Assembly: GCA_045631185.1 (NCBI GenBank)
Contig: JAZQUH010000034.1
Span: forward strand, 42,916-106,915
Source: Alphaproteobacteria bacterium
GTDB taxonomy: Bacteria > Pseudomonadota > Alphaproteobacteria > CAAHEQ01 > UBA3637
Direction of reading: 5' to 3'
Length of the DNA stretch: 64,000 nt
This document shows, one piece after another, positions 19,196 through 28,898 of this stretch; position 1 is the stretch's first letter; each line of letters opens with the position of its first letter. A program made the position numbers and the translations under genes. The notes beneath the pieces are model-generated. The model was not told where the DNA came from, did no database searches, and was given only the letters and a program-made list of their open reading frames with translations.

Positions 19196-20419
19196 ATGCG
19201 TTTAAAGTCTTTTTTATTTTGTTTTTCTATAATTTTTTCGCTGTCTGCTTTTGCGCAGGATAGTTTTGATGTGGAAACTTGTCGGTTGGCTCTTTTAGAG
19301 GCTGAACAACAAAGAAATCCTCAGGTTTATTCTCAGTGTGGTTTTGATGATACAAATTACGCTGTTACCAGATGGGCATCTTGGTTGAAAGAAAATAATG
19401 CTTATCAAGCGATGTATGAATTGTGTATTCGTCATCCAAAACATCGTGAAAGTATCAGATTATGCGAATTGGCTGTTTCGGGGGGGAATGGGCCGGCTTT
19501 ATTAAACCATGGTAATAAAAAATATGACGAAAAAAATTATATACAAGCGATACAAAGTTATACTCAGGCATTAAGAAGTCCTTTATTAACTGATGAAGAA
19601 AAAGGTCAGATTAGTGAAAAAATCGGCACATTGTACTTGGATAAAAATAGTACATATTATAATCCGAAAAAGGGGTTGCCTTTGATTGAAAAGGCTGCTC
19701 ATCAGCGTTCGGCTTTGGCGAATAACATTATCGGTGTTTATTCAATGTTGGGATTAGAAGGTGAAAAGGTGAATATGGAAAAATCGTTCGAACATTTGTG
19801 GCGTTCTGTTTTACTCGGATGTCCAAATGCTGAAGAAAATTTAGGTTTGTTCTATCTGTTACACCAAAATAAAATAGATTTAGAGAATGTAAAAAAAATA
19901 ATTTCTAATAAAATTTTGAAATGTAGTTCAAGTTTTAAGGGGAATAATGAAGGGTCACAGATAAATATCCAAGAGTGTGATTGTGATAAAGTTTTTCAAT
20001 TGAATCTTTTGGCAAATCGTTATTCTTATCGTTTGCTGTCGGCTGAAGAAAATTATGCAGTAATAATAGATAAAGCGAATCAACGTTTTACAGTTACTTT
20101 AGGGACAAAATTACCAGATGGCTCTGTTGTTAAAGAGATACGTAAAACGGCGGTAATATTATTAAAAGGAAATACGAGGCAAATTTTGAATTTGATGCCT
20201 GATGAAAATTGTCTTAATTTCTGTGAAGAAGAAACTCAGAGAAAAGACTCTGATGTGTTAAATATAACCCCGTATCATTTAAGTTTTACGCCATCGGAAT
20301 GTTCCAGTATTTTATACTATGCGGAACGTTTGGTTGACACAAACTTACCCTTTGTTGGCAAACAAGAATGCGGTTATTCGGGTGATTTGGATGCAGCGAC
20401 CCAATTATTATTGCAATAA
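19196..20419 (+). CDS. secreted Sel1/TPR-like repeat protein
   Basis: Signal peptide MRLKSFLFCFSIIFSLSAFAQ. Sel1-like A..G...A...LG..Y repeats (KAAHQRSALANNIIGVYSMLGLEGEKVNMEKSFEHLWRSVLLGCPNAEENLGLFY). Confidence 0.4.
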   Translation: MRLKSFLFCFSIIFSLSAFAQDSFDVETCRLALLEAEQQRNPQVYSQCGFDDTNYAVTRWASWLKENNAYQAMYELCIRHPKHRESIRLCELAVSGGNGPALLNHGNKKYDEKNYIQAIQSYTQALRSPLLTDEEKGQISEKIGTLYLDKNSTYYNPKKGLPLIEKAAHQRSALANNIIGVYSMLGLEGEKVNMEKSFEHLWRSVLLGCPNAEENLGLFYLLHQNKIDLENVKKIISNKILKCSSSFKGNNEGSQINIQECDCDKVFQLNLLANRYSYRLLSAEENYAVIIDKANQRFTVTLGTKLPDGSVVKEIRKTAVILLKGNTRQILNLMPDENCLNFCEEETQRKDSDVLNITPYHLSFTPSECSSILYYAERLVDTNLPFVGKQECGYSGDLDAATQLLLQ

Positions 20420-20514
20420 TTTTTATTAAATTTTGTTTGCAAAACTTGACTTTTGTATCAAAATACACTATGTCTATTGCATAATATAATATAGACAGAA
20501 AAGGAATTTGAAAT

Positions 20515-23154
20515 ATGTTAAAAAGTATATTCCGTTCGGCCAATGAACGTTATTTAAAAAAGTTTAAGAAAATTGTTAAGAAAATCAATGAGATGGAACC
20601 TGATTTTCAAAAACTGACAGATGCTGAATTGACGGCTAAAACGGCCGAATATCGTGAAAGATTAAAACAAGGTGAAACTTTGGAATCTCTTTTGCCTGAG
20701 GCTTTTGCCACCGTTCGTGAAGCTTCCAAGCGTGTTTTAGGAATGCGTCCGTTTGATGTGCAATTGTTGGGCGGTATGGTTTTATTTGATAATAAAATTG
20801 CCGAAATGCGTACCGGTGAAGGTAAAACATTGGTGGCCACGTTGCCTGTTTATTTAAATGCCTTAACGGGAAAGGGTGTTCACGTTGTGACGGTCAATGA
20901 TTATTTGGCCAAACGTGACAGTGAATGGATGGGTAAAATCTATCGCTTTTTGGGATTGACAGTTGGTTGTATTGTTGGTCAAATGCCCGCCGAAGAAAGA
21001 AGAAAGGCCTATAATTATGATATTACCTATGCCACAAATAACGAATTAGGTTTTGATTATTTGCGTGATAATATGGCGTTTTCAAAGGAAATGATGGTGC
21101 AACGTCCTTTTCATTATGCCATTGTGGACGAAGTGGATTCAATCTTGATTGATGAAGCCCGTACGCCTTTGATTATTTCGGGTAGGGCGGAAGATTCATC
21201 GGATTTATACAGGAAAATCAATGCGATAATGTGTCATGTTCGACCAGAACATTATGAAAAAGATGAAAAATTCAAAGTTATTACTTTAACGGATTTAGGC
21301 GTTGAATTTGTTGAAAGTGCTTTGCGTGAAGCGGAAATTTTGGTTGGCGGTTTATATGACGCTTCTAATATTTCTTTAGTGCATTATGTGGAAGAATGTT
21401 TGCGTGCCCATGCGATGTTCCAAAAAGATGTGGATTATATCGTCAAAGATAATCAGGTGATGATTATTGATGAATTTACCGGCCGTATTATGAAAGGTCG
21501 CCGTTATTCCGATGGTTTGCATCAGGCTTTGGAAGCAAAAGAAGGTGTTGAAATTCAACCCGAAAACCAAACATTGGCTTCTATTACTTTCCAAAACTAT
21601 TTCCGTTTATATCCCAAGTTGGCCGGTATGACGGGAACGGCTATGACGGAAGCTGCCGAATTTGATGATATTTATAAATTAGAGGTTATCGAAATCCCAG
21701 GTAACCGACCTTTGGCCCGAAAAGATGAACAGGATATTATTTATCGTACGGCCGAAGAAAAATATGATGCTATTATCCGTGATATTCAATCGGCCCACGA
21801 AAGAAATCAGCCTGTTTTGGTGGGAACGATTAGTATTGAAAAATCGGAGATTTTGGCGGATTTGCTCAAGAAAAAAACAGATTTAAAATTCAATGTTTTG
21901 AATGCCCGTCATCATGAACAGGAAGCCCATATTATTGCCCAAGCCGGTGTCCCCGGCGCTATCACGATTGCCACCAATATGGCGGGTCGTGGTACGGATA
22001 TTCAGTTGGGTGGTAATTTTGAAATGCGTTTTGCCGAAGAAAAGGCCAAAAATCCGCAAGTGGATGATGCTGTTTTGGCCGAACAAATTAAACAGGAAAT
22101 TGCCAAAAATAAAGAAATAGCTTTACAGGCCGGTGGCTTGTATGTGTTGGGTTCTGAACGCCATGAAAGTCGTCGTATTGATAATCAGTTGCGCGGTCGT
22201 TCCGGTCGTCAGGGTGACCCCGGTCAATCACGTTTTTATGTGTCATTACAGGATGATTTGATGCGCATTTTCGGTTCGGAACGTATTGGTGCTATCTTGC
22301 AAAAAATGGGTATGAAACATGGTCAGGAAATTCACAGTGCTTGGATTTCCAAGGCGATTGCCCATGCACAAAAGAAAGTGGAAGAACATCACTTTACATC
22401 CCGTAAAAACGTTTTGAAATATGATGATGTGATGAACGATCAACGTAAGATTATTTATGAACAACGCCGTGAATTGTTGGACAGCAATAATTTACACGAT
22501 GTTTTAAACGATATGCGTCGTGATTGTTTTGAAAGCATTATTTATGCTTTAGCACCGGAAAGAACAGCCCCTGAGGATTGGGATGCTCAAAACTTGAAAA
22601 ATGAAATTTTAAGTTTGGCTAATTTGGAATTGCCCTTTGAATCGTGGAAAGCTGAACCGGGTATTACATCGGCTGATTTAGTGGATCGCACAATGAAAGC
22701 GGCCGAAGAAGAATGGAACAAGAAAATGGCTTCGTTGCCCGAAAAGATGCGCAATGATGTGGAACGCACGTTGTTGATTCAATCGGTGGATATGGCATGG
22801 AAAGAACATTTAAAGAGCTTGGATTTTATGAAAGCCTCTATCGGATTACGTGCCTATGCCCAAAAAAATCCGTTGTATGAATATAAGCATGAAGCCTTTG
22901 TCTTGTTTGAAATCATGTTGGCAAAATTGCGTGAAAATGTCACAAAAGTATTGGGCTTTTCTCAATTTAAAATACAACCCATGCCAACTGAAGGACAGCA
23001 GGATATGATTGAAGAAGAACCCGAATTGCAATCTTTTGCCGAAGAAATACCGGCCAAGGAGTCAAAACCGGTTTTGTCGGGTATTTCCCGTAATGCACCT
23101 TGCCCCTGTGGTTCAGGCCAAAAATACAAACATTGTTGTGGAAAGCTGGTTTAA
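20515..23154 (+). CDS. secA: preprotein translocase ATPase SecA
   Basis: 879 aa with DEAD-like motor motifs. C-terminal zinc-binding [14 protein letters not shown]. Confidence 0.95.
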   Translation: MLKSIFRSANERYLKKFKKIVKKINEMEPDFQKLTDAELTAKTAEYRERLKQGETLESLLPEAFATVREASKRVLGMRPFDVQLLGGMVLFDNKIAEMRTGEGKTLVATLPVYLNALTGKGVHVVTVNDYLAKRDSEWMGKIYRFLGLTVGCIVGQMPAEERRKAYNYDITYATNNELGFDYLRDNMAFSKEMMVQRPFHYAIVDEVDSILIDEARTPLIISGRAEDSSDLYRKINAIMCHVRPEHYEKDEKFKVITLTDLGVEFVESALREAEILVGGLYDASNISLVHYVEECLRAHAMFQKDVDYIVKDNQVMIIDEFTGRIMKGRRYSDGLHQALEAKEGVEIQPENQTLASITFQNYFRLYPKLAGMTGTAMTEAAEFDDIYKLEVIEIPGNRPLARKDEQDIIYRTAEEKYDAIIRDIQSAHERNQPVLVGTISIEKSEILADLLKKKTDLKFNVLNARHHEQEAHIIAQAGVPGAITIATNMAGRGTDIQLGGNFEMRFAEEKAKNPQVDDAVLAEQIKQEIAKNKEIALQAGGLYVLGSERHESRRIDNQLRGRSGRQGDPGQSRFYVSLQDDLMRIFGSERIGAILQKMGMKHGQEIHSAWISKAIAHAQKKVEEHHFTSRKNVLKYDDVMNDQRKIIYEQRRELLDSNNLHDVLNDMRRDCFESIIYALAPERTAPEDWDAQNLKNEILSLANLELPFESWKAEPGITSADLVDRTMKAAEEEWNKKMASLPEKMRNDVERTLLIQSVDMAWKEHLKSLDFMKASIGLRAYAQKNPLYEYKHEAFVLFEIMLAKLRENVTKVLGFSQFKIQPMPTEGQQDMIEEEPELQSFAEEIPAKESKPVLSGISRNAPCPCGSGQKYKHCCGKLV

Positions 23155-23753
23155 GCTGATTGAAAGCGTAAACTGGCGAATTCCCAATTCAAAAGGTTGT
23201 TGACAATTTGCGTTAAAAATTCTTTGCGATTATTTTGGTAATCCAAATAATAGGCGTGTTCCCACACATCCAAACACAGCAAAGGTTTTACGCCATATTG
23301 GGTCACAGGCGTTTGGGCATTAGGTGTTGAAATAATTTTTAAAACACCGTCTTGTGATACCAACCAAACCCAGCCACTGCCGAATTGATTGATGCCTGTT
23401 TGAACCAATTTATCCAAACATGCCTGCATTGAACCAAAGTCCCGTTCAATGGCTGATTGTAATTCTTTGGATGGTTTTGTTTTTTCTTTGACTGGCGTTA
23501 AAGATTTCCAAAAAAATTGATGATTCCATACTTGGGCGGCGTTATTGAACAGTTTTGTTAAAACCTCATCACTGGCCGCTGTGATAATCAAGTTTTCCAA
23601 ATCCAAATCGGCCATAGGTGTTTTATCAATTAAATCACAGACGGTTTTAACATAACCCGCCTGATGTTTGCCATAGTGGAACTCAACGGTTTTTTGTGAA
23701 ACAAACGGCGCCAAAGCGTCATAATCATAGGGCAGTGGGTGTAATTTTATCAT
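23151..23753 (-). CDS. sodB: Fe/Mn superoxide dismutase
   Basis: [25 protein letters not shown] and [13 protein letters not shown] signatures. Confidence 0.9.
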   Translation of the reverse strand: MIKLHPLPYDYDALAPFVSQKTVEFHYGKHQAGYVKTVCDLIDKTPMADLDLENLIITAASDEVLTKLFNNAAQVWNHQFFWKSLTPVKEKTKPSKELQSAIERDFGSMQACLDKLVQTGINQFGSGWVWLVSQDGVLKIISTPNAQTPVTQYGVKPLLCLDVWEHAYYLDYQNNRKEFLTQIVNNLLNWEFASLRFQSA

Positions 23754-23824
23754 TTTAATCCTCCTTTTTTATTTTAAGATAAGCTTTTTTTATTTTTTAT
23801 CAAGTCTATTTTTTGTTTTTGCGC

Positions 23825-23853
23825 TTGACAAAGGCGATAAAGTTCGCTAGTAT
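23825..23853 (+). promoter_or_regulatory. near-consensus sigma70 promoter TTGACA-17-TAGTAT, identical to the copy at 53020
   Basis: ttgacaaaggcgataaagttcgctagtat. Identity with the 53020 locus runs on for about 780 bp downstream. Confidence 0.65.
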
Positions 23854-23887
23854 GGGGATAAATGAGCAAACAGGGAGACTCTAAAAA

Positions 23888-25297
23888 ATGATTTTAAACC
23901 ACGATAAAGGTATAAATAAAGGAACCTTGTACACACACACACACACATTTAATTTTGAAAAGATAAAATCCGCCGAAGGCGGACGTTCCATGTCCGAGAT
24001 GTTGGGGGTATTGGCCATCATTGGTGTATTAAGTGTATCGGGTATTGCGGGTTATCGCCACGGTATTACCAAACACCGTGCCAATATCACATTAAACGAT
24101 TCACGCATGGCGTATATGGAATCCAAAACACGCCCAAATGTGCCTGACCACGCATGGCATGATGTTTCGCATAACTTTGATTCAGGCAAAACATTCCAAA
24201 TGTTGCGTGATAAAAAGGGCAACAATTATGTCAAAGTCATGGAGGTTGATGAAAGGGTTTGTCGTCAGATTTTAAAAATGTCCGTATCGGGCAGGTTGTC
24301 ATTTTTAACCGAAAACGGGGAAAATAAAACCGATTGTAGCGAAGAAAATAATATCGTGATATCATGGGATGGTTTGGGCAAACCCAGCGATTGTGAAATA
24401 AAAGCCGATTGTGGTGAAAATTTTGCGGGTATTTGTACAAATCAAGGCCATTGTCGCTTATGTGATACGGCAACGGAACGGATGAATTCGGATGGCACGG
24501 CGTGCGAATGTGACCCCGAAAAAGCTGTATCATGCACAGATGGTGGCGAAAGCACATGGTGTTGTGGTGCCGGCCTTATCTGTGATAAAGAAAATCAAGG
24601 CTGTAAAGCGGGCACGGGCGGATGTCAATACAACTTTACGCAACAGGTTTATACCCGTTCGTCCAATTGTTCGTATATTATATCCACGCAAGAACAAACC
24701 CGTTCATCCAATTGCCATTACACGGTTCGTGATTATGTGATTGAAGGTTCTTTGCACGGTGTGGAAATGACGCAAATCCAAGGATGTCCATCGGGTGAAT
24801 ATTGTTTGCTCGGCTATTTTGATAATGAATGTACATCATCCATCAACCGTGGGGATGTGGGGGCATCGGGCGCCGAAGACGTTTATGGCGTTTGTTTAAA
24901 ACGCACCATGAACGGCGGTACATGTGACGTCAGCACGGTATCCACCGCCTTTATGGATGAAGTTCAAGGATGTCCATCGGATGAGTATTGTTTAATCAGC
25001 TATTTTGACGAAGAATGTACATCATCCATCAACCGTGGTGATGTGGGTGCAACGACGCCCGAGCAAGTTTATGGTGTTTGTTTAAAGCGCACCATGAATG
25101 GTGGCACATGTGATGTAGCCGAAATTGCCGAAGGCAGTTTAACCGAAGTGCAAGGTTGCCCCGCGGGTCAATATTGTTATTTAAAATGGCAAGGAAGCGA
25201 TTGTTCCACAGCCATCAATAAAGGCGATATAACTGGGCCGATGTTCGGTGCGTGTTTGGAACGCACATCCAACAATGCCCAATGCCCGATAAAATAA
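23888..25297 (+). CDS. type-IV-pilin-like Cys-rich modular surface protein, long paralog 1, with prepilin-type leader in frame
   Basis: Leader MILNHDKGINKGTLYTHTHTFNFEKIKSAEGG|RSMSEMLGVLAIIGVLSVSGIAG with Glu(+5) and a hydrophobic helix. GGGAG RBS. Conserved N-terminal globular and EGF-like Cys module. Three ~60-aa C-terminal repeats (QGCPSGEYCLLGYFDNECTSSINRGDVG...VCLKRTMNGGTCDV). Confidence 0.7.
   Translation: MILNHDKGINKGTLYTHTHTFNFEKIKSAEGGRSMSEMLGVLAIIGVLSVSGIAGYRHGITKHRANITLNDSRMAYMESKTRPNVPDHAWHDVSHNFDSGKTFQMLRDKKGNNYVKVMEVDERVCRQILKMSVSGRLSFLTENGENKTDCSEENNIVISWDGLGKPSDCEIKADCGENFAGICTNQGHCRLCDTATERMNSDGTACECDPEKAVSCTDGGESTWCCGAGLICDKENQGCKAGTGGCQYNFTQQVYTRSSNCSYIISTQEQTRSSNCHYTVRDYVIEGSLHGVEMTQIQGCPSGEYCLLGYFDNECTSSINRGDVGASGAEDVYGVCLKRTMNGGTCDVSTVSTAFMDEVQGCPSDEYCLISYFDEECTSSINRGDVGATTPEQVYGVCLKRTMNGGTCDVAEIAEGSLTEVQGCPAGQYCYLKWQGSDCSTAINKGDITGPMFGACLERTSNNAQCPIK
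23931..23947 (+). repeat. (CA)8 dinucleotide tract (17 nt) inside the leader-encoding 5' region of the pilin-like gene
   Basis: acacacacacacacaca. The paralog at 53126-53138 has a 13-nt tract. The 4-nt difference changes the reading frame relative to the upstream ATG. Confidence 0.9.
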
Positions 25298-25364
25298 TTT
25301 AAATTTTAATGCCTGAACAACAAGAACAATATAAATAAATAACTTAAATAGAAAGGAGTATAAA

Positions 25365-25826
25365 ATGAAACAATCAACAAAAACATTATCCATTATCTTT
25401 GCCATCACATTGGGGGTTAGCACATCAACCATGGCCTATACATCCTGTGTGGGTGGAACGGAAATCACGGCCAATGCCCACACGGATGCGGATGCCCCCG
25501 ATACATGCACCGCGGATCATTGCCCCAGCCCCGCCAAAAGCTTTTGTATCAGCAATGTGAAATTGAATTGGTGGAGTGCCTTTAATTGGTGTCAAAGCAA
25601 TGGTGGCACTTTGGCTGCATTTAATTCTGCTTGTCCCAATACACCGGTGCGTAGCAATAATACGGCGGGGGCTTGTCCCGCTTTACAAGGTGTTGGTGAG
25701 AGTAAATACTATTGGACATCCATGGGATCGGGAACAAGCGCCGCCCTCCTCGTGAATCTTTCCTCCGGTGCTGTCTACTTCGACGTCCGCAATTACGCCA
25801 GCGCCATCTACGCCCTGTGTGAGTAA
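25365..25826 (+). CDS. small secreted C-type-lectin-like (CTLD-like) protein, partner of pilin-like paralog 1
   Basis: Signal peptide. KLNWWSAFNWCQSNGGTLAAFNS resembles the CTLD W.eA..yC...Gg.Las motif. C-terminal ...AIYALCE resembles the CTLD ...fiCE end. AAAGGAG RBS. Paralog at 54591. Confidence 0.45.
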   Translation: MKQSTKTLSIIFAITLGVSTSTMAYTSCVGGTEITANAHTDADAPDTCTADHCPSPAKSFCISNVKLNWWSAFNWCQSNGGTLAAFNSACPNTPVRSNNTAGACPALQGVGESKYYWTSMGSGTSAALLVNLSSGAVYFDVRNYASAIYALCE

Positions 25827-25830
25827 TTTT

Positions 25831-26526
25831 TCACCCGATCATTTGTTGGATTTGGGTAAGGATTTGTTTGAAAAATTCACGACAGGCGGGGCTGATATAT
25901 TGATGCCACAGGCTTAAACCCGCCCAACCCTTTAAGGCAAAACACCACAAATAACCGATGACAAAAAGATTTGCCCCCGGTATGAATAATGTGGTGAATA
26001 ACCATCCGGCTTTTTTAAAATCTGTCTGTTCGCTGTGAATTTGGGTGAAGTTGGCCGAAATGTGAAATCCGACCCAAAAACCGTAAGTGATGATATACCA
26101 CGGTTCAAATTGACCGTTTTGCATGCCAAAAAACACCCCCACCAACATCCAAATAAAAGGGAAGGTTGGTAAAAAATACGGTGCTATGGTAATCAACCAA
26201 TTGCCTTTGCCCAAATACGAAAAAGATCCGCCTTTGTCTTGCTCTATCTTCATGCCCACGGGTTTATGTCCCGTCAATACCGCCGCCAACATATGGGTGG
26301 ATTCATGGGCAAAGATGGTGAATGATGCCCCGGCTAATCCCGGAATTAAATTCCACAAAGCAACCGTGCCGATTATGGGCAATAAAAAATAAATACCCAA
26401 ATGCATGTTAAATGTTTCGCTTATCAAACGAATCAGTGCCTGTAACAGCGGAAAAGTAAAAAAAGCACAAGTCAAAGCCACCGGATATTTTATAATCTTT
26501 AAAAACGAATTGATAAAACCTTGCAT
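25831..26526 (-). CDS. putative membrane-embedded zinc metalloprotease (HExxH in polytopic membrane protein)
   Basis: FAHESTHMLAAVLTGH motif within a 231-aa multi-TM protein. Confidence 0.35.
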   Translation of the reverse strand: MQGFINSFLKIIKYPVALTCAFFTFPLLQALIRLISETFNMHLGIYFLLPIIGTVALWNLIPGLAGASFTIFAHESTHMLAAVLTGHKPVGMKIEQDKGGSFSYLGKGNWLITIAPYFLPTFPFIWMLVGVFFGMQNGQFEPWYIITYGFWVGFHISANFTQIHSEQTDFKKAGWLFTTLFIPGANLFVIGYLWCFALKGWAGLSLWHQYISPACREFFKQILTQIQQMIG

Positions 26527-26581
26527 TTAATTCTCCTTTTATGTTAGAATAATCCAGTTTTTAAAAAAAAGAAAGGATTTT

Positions 26582-27691
26582 TTGATGTTGTTGGGTATTG
26601 TTTTGGTTTTATTGTTGTTTGTTTTAATCTTATGTGTATTTGTTTTGGTGAAATTGGCCCATATCAATAATCGCCCATCTCAGACGAATTTAGTGGATTT
26701 GGCTCAATTGATGCACTCGGATGCCAAAGATTTAAGAACTGAGCTGGGGCAAAACCTGATGAACTTTAACGAAACGATTCGTAAAGTTTTGGAAGAACGT
26801 TTGGAAAATATGCGTTCCACTGTGGATGAAAAATTACAGGGGACTTTAAATAAACGTATCAGTGAATCGTTTTCTATGGTATCGGAACGATTGGAACAGG
26901 TGCATAAAGGCTTGGGTGAAATGCAAAATCTGGCCACGGATGTGGGGGGCTTAAAACGTGTTTTGACCAATGTTAAATCCCGTGGGACTTGGGGTGAAGT
27001 TCAATTGGGGGCTTTGTTGGAACAAATTCTAACCCCTGATCAATTCGTAAAAAACGTGCATATCAAAGATACCTCGGAAGTGGTGGAATTTGCCGTAAAA
27101 CTGCCCGATGGGGATGTTTTAATTCCCATTGATTCCAAATTCCCAATAGAAGATTATGAACGATTGATGTCGGCATCCGAAAGCGGGCATCCCGAAGCCG
27201 TAGAGCAGGCCGCCAATGAATTGGAAAAAAGTATTAAAGTTCAGGCAAAACGTATTTCGGAAAAATATATTTTGCCCCCGAAAACCACCGATTTTGCCAT
27301 TATGTTCTTACCAACGGAAGGTTTATATGCCGAGGTGATGAAACGTCCCGGATTATCGGCTTATGTGCAAAATAAAAACCGTATCTGTATTGCTGGGCCC
27401 AGCACTTTGGGTGCGTTTTTAAACAGCTTGCAAATGGGATTCAGAACTTTGGCCATTCAAAAACGTTCGGGTGAAGTGTGGCAGGTTTTAAATGAAGTGA
27501 AAACTGAATTTGAAAAATACGCCCTTTGGGTGGAAAAAGTGAAAAAACATTTGGAACAAACATCTAAAACTTTGGATGAGGCGGAAACACGCACCCGTGC
27601 AGTGAATCGCCGTTTGCGTGGTGTGGAAAATTATTTGGAAACTTCCAGTGATTCAAAACTGGCCGAAACACCACATCAGATGATTGAATAA
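26582..27691 (+). CDS. rmuC: DNA recombination protein RmuC
   Basis: N-terminal TM and coiled coil. Conserved C-terminal RmuC domain. Confidence 0.7.
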   Translation: MMLLGIVLVLLLFVLILCVFVLVKLAHINNRPSQTNLVDLAQLMHSDAKDLRTELGQNLMNFNETIRKVLEERLENMRSTVDEKLQGTLNKRISESFSMVSERLEQVHKGLGEMQNLATDVGGLKRVLTNVKSRGTWGEVQLGALLEQILTPDQFVKNVHIKDTSEVVEFAVKLPDGDVLIPIDSKFPIEDYERLMSASESGHPEAVEQAANELEKSIKVQAKRISEKYILPPKTTDFAIMFLPTEGLYAEVMKRPGLSAYVQNKNRICIAGPSTLGAFLNSLQMGFRTLAIQKRSGEVWQVLNEVKTEFEKYALWVEKVKKHLEQTSKTLDEAETRTRAVNRRLRGVENYLETSSDSKLAETPHQMIE

Positions 27692-27704
27692 AAATTCTTA
27701 TCAA

Positions 27705-28898
27705 TTATTTCAAACCATTAAAGGTGTGACATGTAGGACATAATCCATGCCAAGAGGGTGATTTATAATCACAGGCGTGACACACCCAAGCGGTTTCATC
27801 TTCATCTGTTTCTACGGCTTTATCTTCCCATTCACGGGCTTTATCTTCATGATTCCACGCATCTCTTTCCACACGGGCTTGCATCAAAGCCACTTGTTTT
27901 GTCAAAGCATAGCTTTGTAAAAATTCATCCAGATATTTTTTTGCCTGAATCGGTTCTTGGGTGTTCAGATAAATATCCGCCATCGCCAACAAAGACAAGC
28001 GTTCATAAGGATTTTCCGAAACCATATTTTTAATGGCTGATTGGCGTTTTTTTGCATCCAAAGAAACCAATAATTCTTTATAAGCTTCATAAACGGGCCA
28101 ACATGGTGTCTTTTCCCAAACTTTTTTAAAGACTTTTCCTGCTTTTTGCGGATTTTGTTTAGCAAAAGCGATGGCGATAGCTGGATTCATTGGATCCAAT
28201 TTATAGGCATCTTTTACATCATCGCACAAAAACAAACAACACGCACGCCGCCGATCGTAATCTTCGGGGGTTAAAATAGATTTCATTTTCTTTAAATAAG
28301 AAAGAGCTTCTTCCCAATTGTTTTCTTGACAGGCCAGTTGAAAGTTTGCCTGTAAAGCCCAAGGTGTTTTTTTCTTTTTATCGGGCAGTCCGTCCAACAA
28401 TATGCGCATTTGTTGTAAATCGCCCTGAGTGTCGGCTTCTCTGAATAAACCGCGAATACCGCCCAATGTTGTTTGTGGGAATTGCATCAGTTGGTGATAG
28501 GAATTTTCATCTGGCAATAACAAGCAACGAATCATCCAATAAATATAACTGTCTTGACCGAATAACTTTTCATTTTTCTTTAATAAATCAGGAAATAATT
28601 CTACCTCTTGATTTGTAATAGCTTGTAAAACAGTTAAAAGTAAGTCATGCTTTTTTTGTTCTTTTATTTTTTGATGGCGTTTTTTTAAAATTCCCAATAA
28701 ATGCATTGGTAAAAATAACAGTTTCCATAACCATAAAATTGCAAAGATTAAACCGGCAAAGCTGAAAACAGATCCATATAAGCGATAATCGTTAAAATGA
28801 ACGGACATCATTGTATCGGAATTTGTGATTTGAAATCCCAAAAAAAACAAAACAACGGATAAAAGGAAGAGTTTAATCATTTTGAACCTCCTGTTCAT
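27705..28898 (-). CDS. HemY-like TPR membrane protein with C-terminal zinc ribbon
   Basis: N-terminal TM pair, TPR-like middle region, C-terminal CHACDYKSPSWHGLCPTCH. This architecture is typical of alphaproteobacterial HemY_N proteins. Confidence 0.5.
   Translation of the reverse strand: MNRRFKMIKLFLLSVVLFFLGFQITNSDTMMSVHFNDYRLYGSVFSFAGLIFAILWLWKLLFLPMHLLGILKKRHQKIKEQKKHDLLLTVLQAITNQEVELFPDLLKKNEKLFGQDSYIYWMIRCLLLPDENSYHQLMQFPQTTLGGIRGLFREADTQGDLQQMRILLDGLPDKKKKTPWALQANFQLACQENNWEEALSYLKKMKSILTPEDYDRRRACCLFLCDDVKDAYKLDPMNPAIAIAFAKQNPQKAGKVFKKVWEKTPCWPVYEAYKELLVSLDAKKRQSAIKNMVSENPYERLSLLAMADIYLNTQEPIQAKKYLDEFLQSYALTKQVALMQARVERDAWNHEDKAREWEDKAVETDEDETAWVCHACDYKSPSWHGLCPTCHTFNGLK

Noticed and set aside
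20607-23031. Multiple 60-80-aa antisense ORFs inside secA (and similar ones inside tig, clpX, lysS, polA)
   Set aside because: Embedded in strongly supported genes on the opposite strand. No RBS. Typical spurious frames.
24237-24557. 106-aa minus-strand ORFs inside both pilin-like genes (also 53428-53748), nearly identical to each other
   Set aside because: Their conservation is a by-product of the duplicated DNA module. They are antisense to a strongly supported coding frame, have no RBS, and have a skewed composition.
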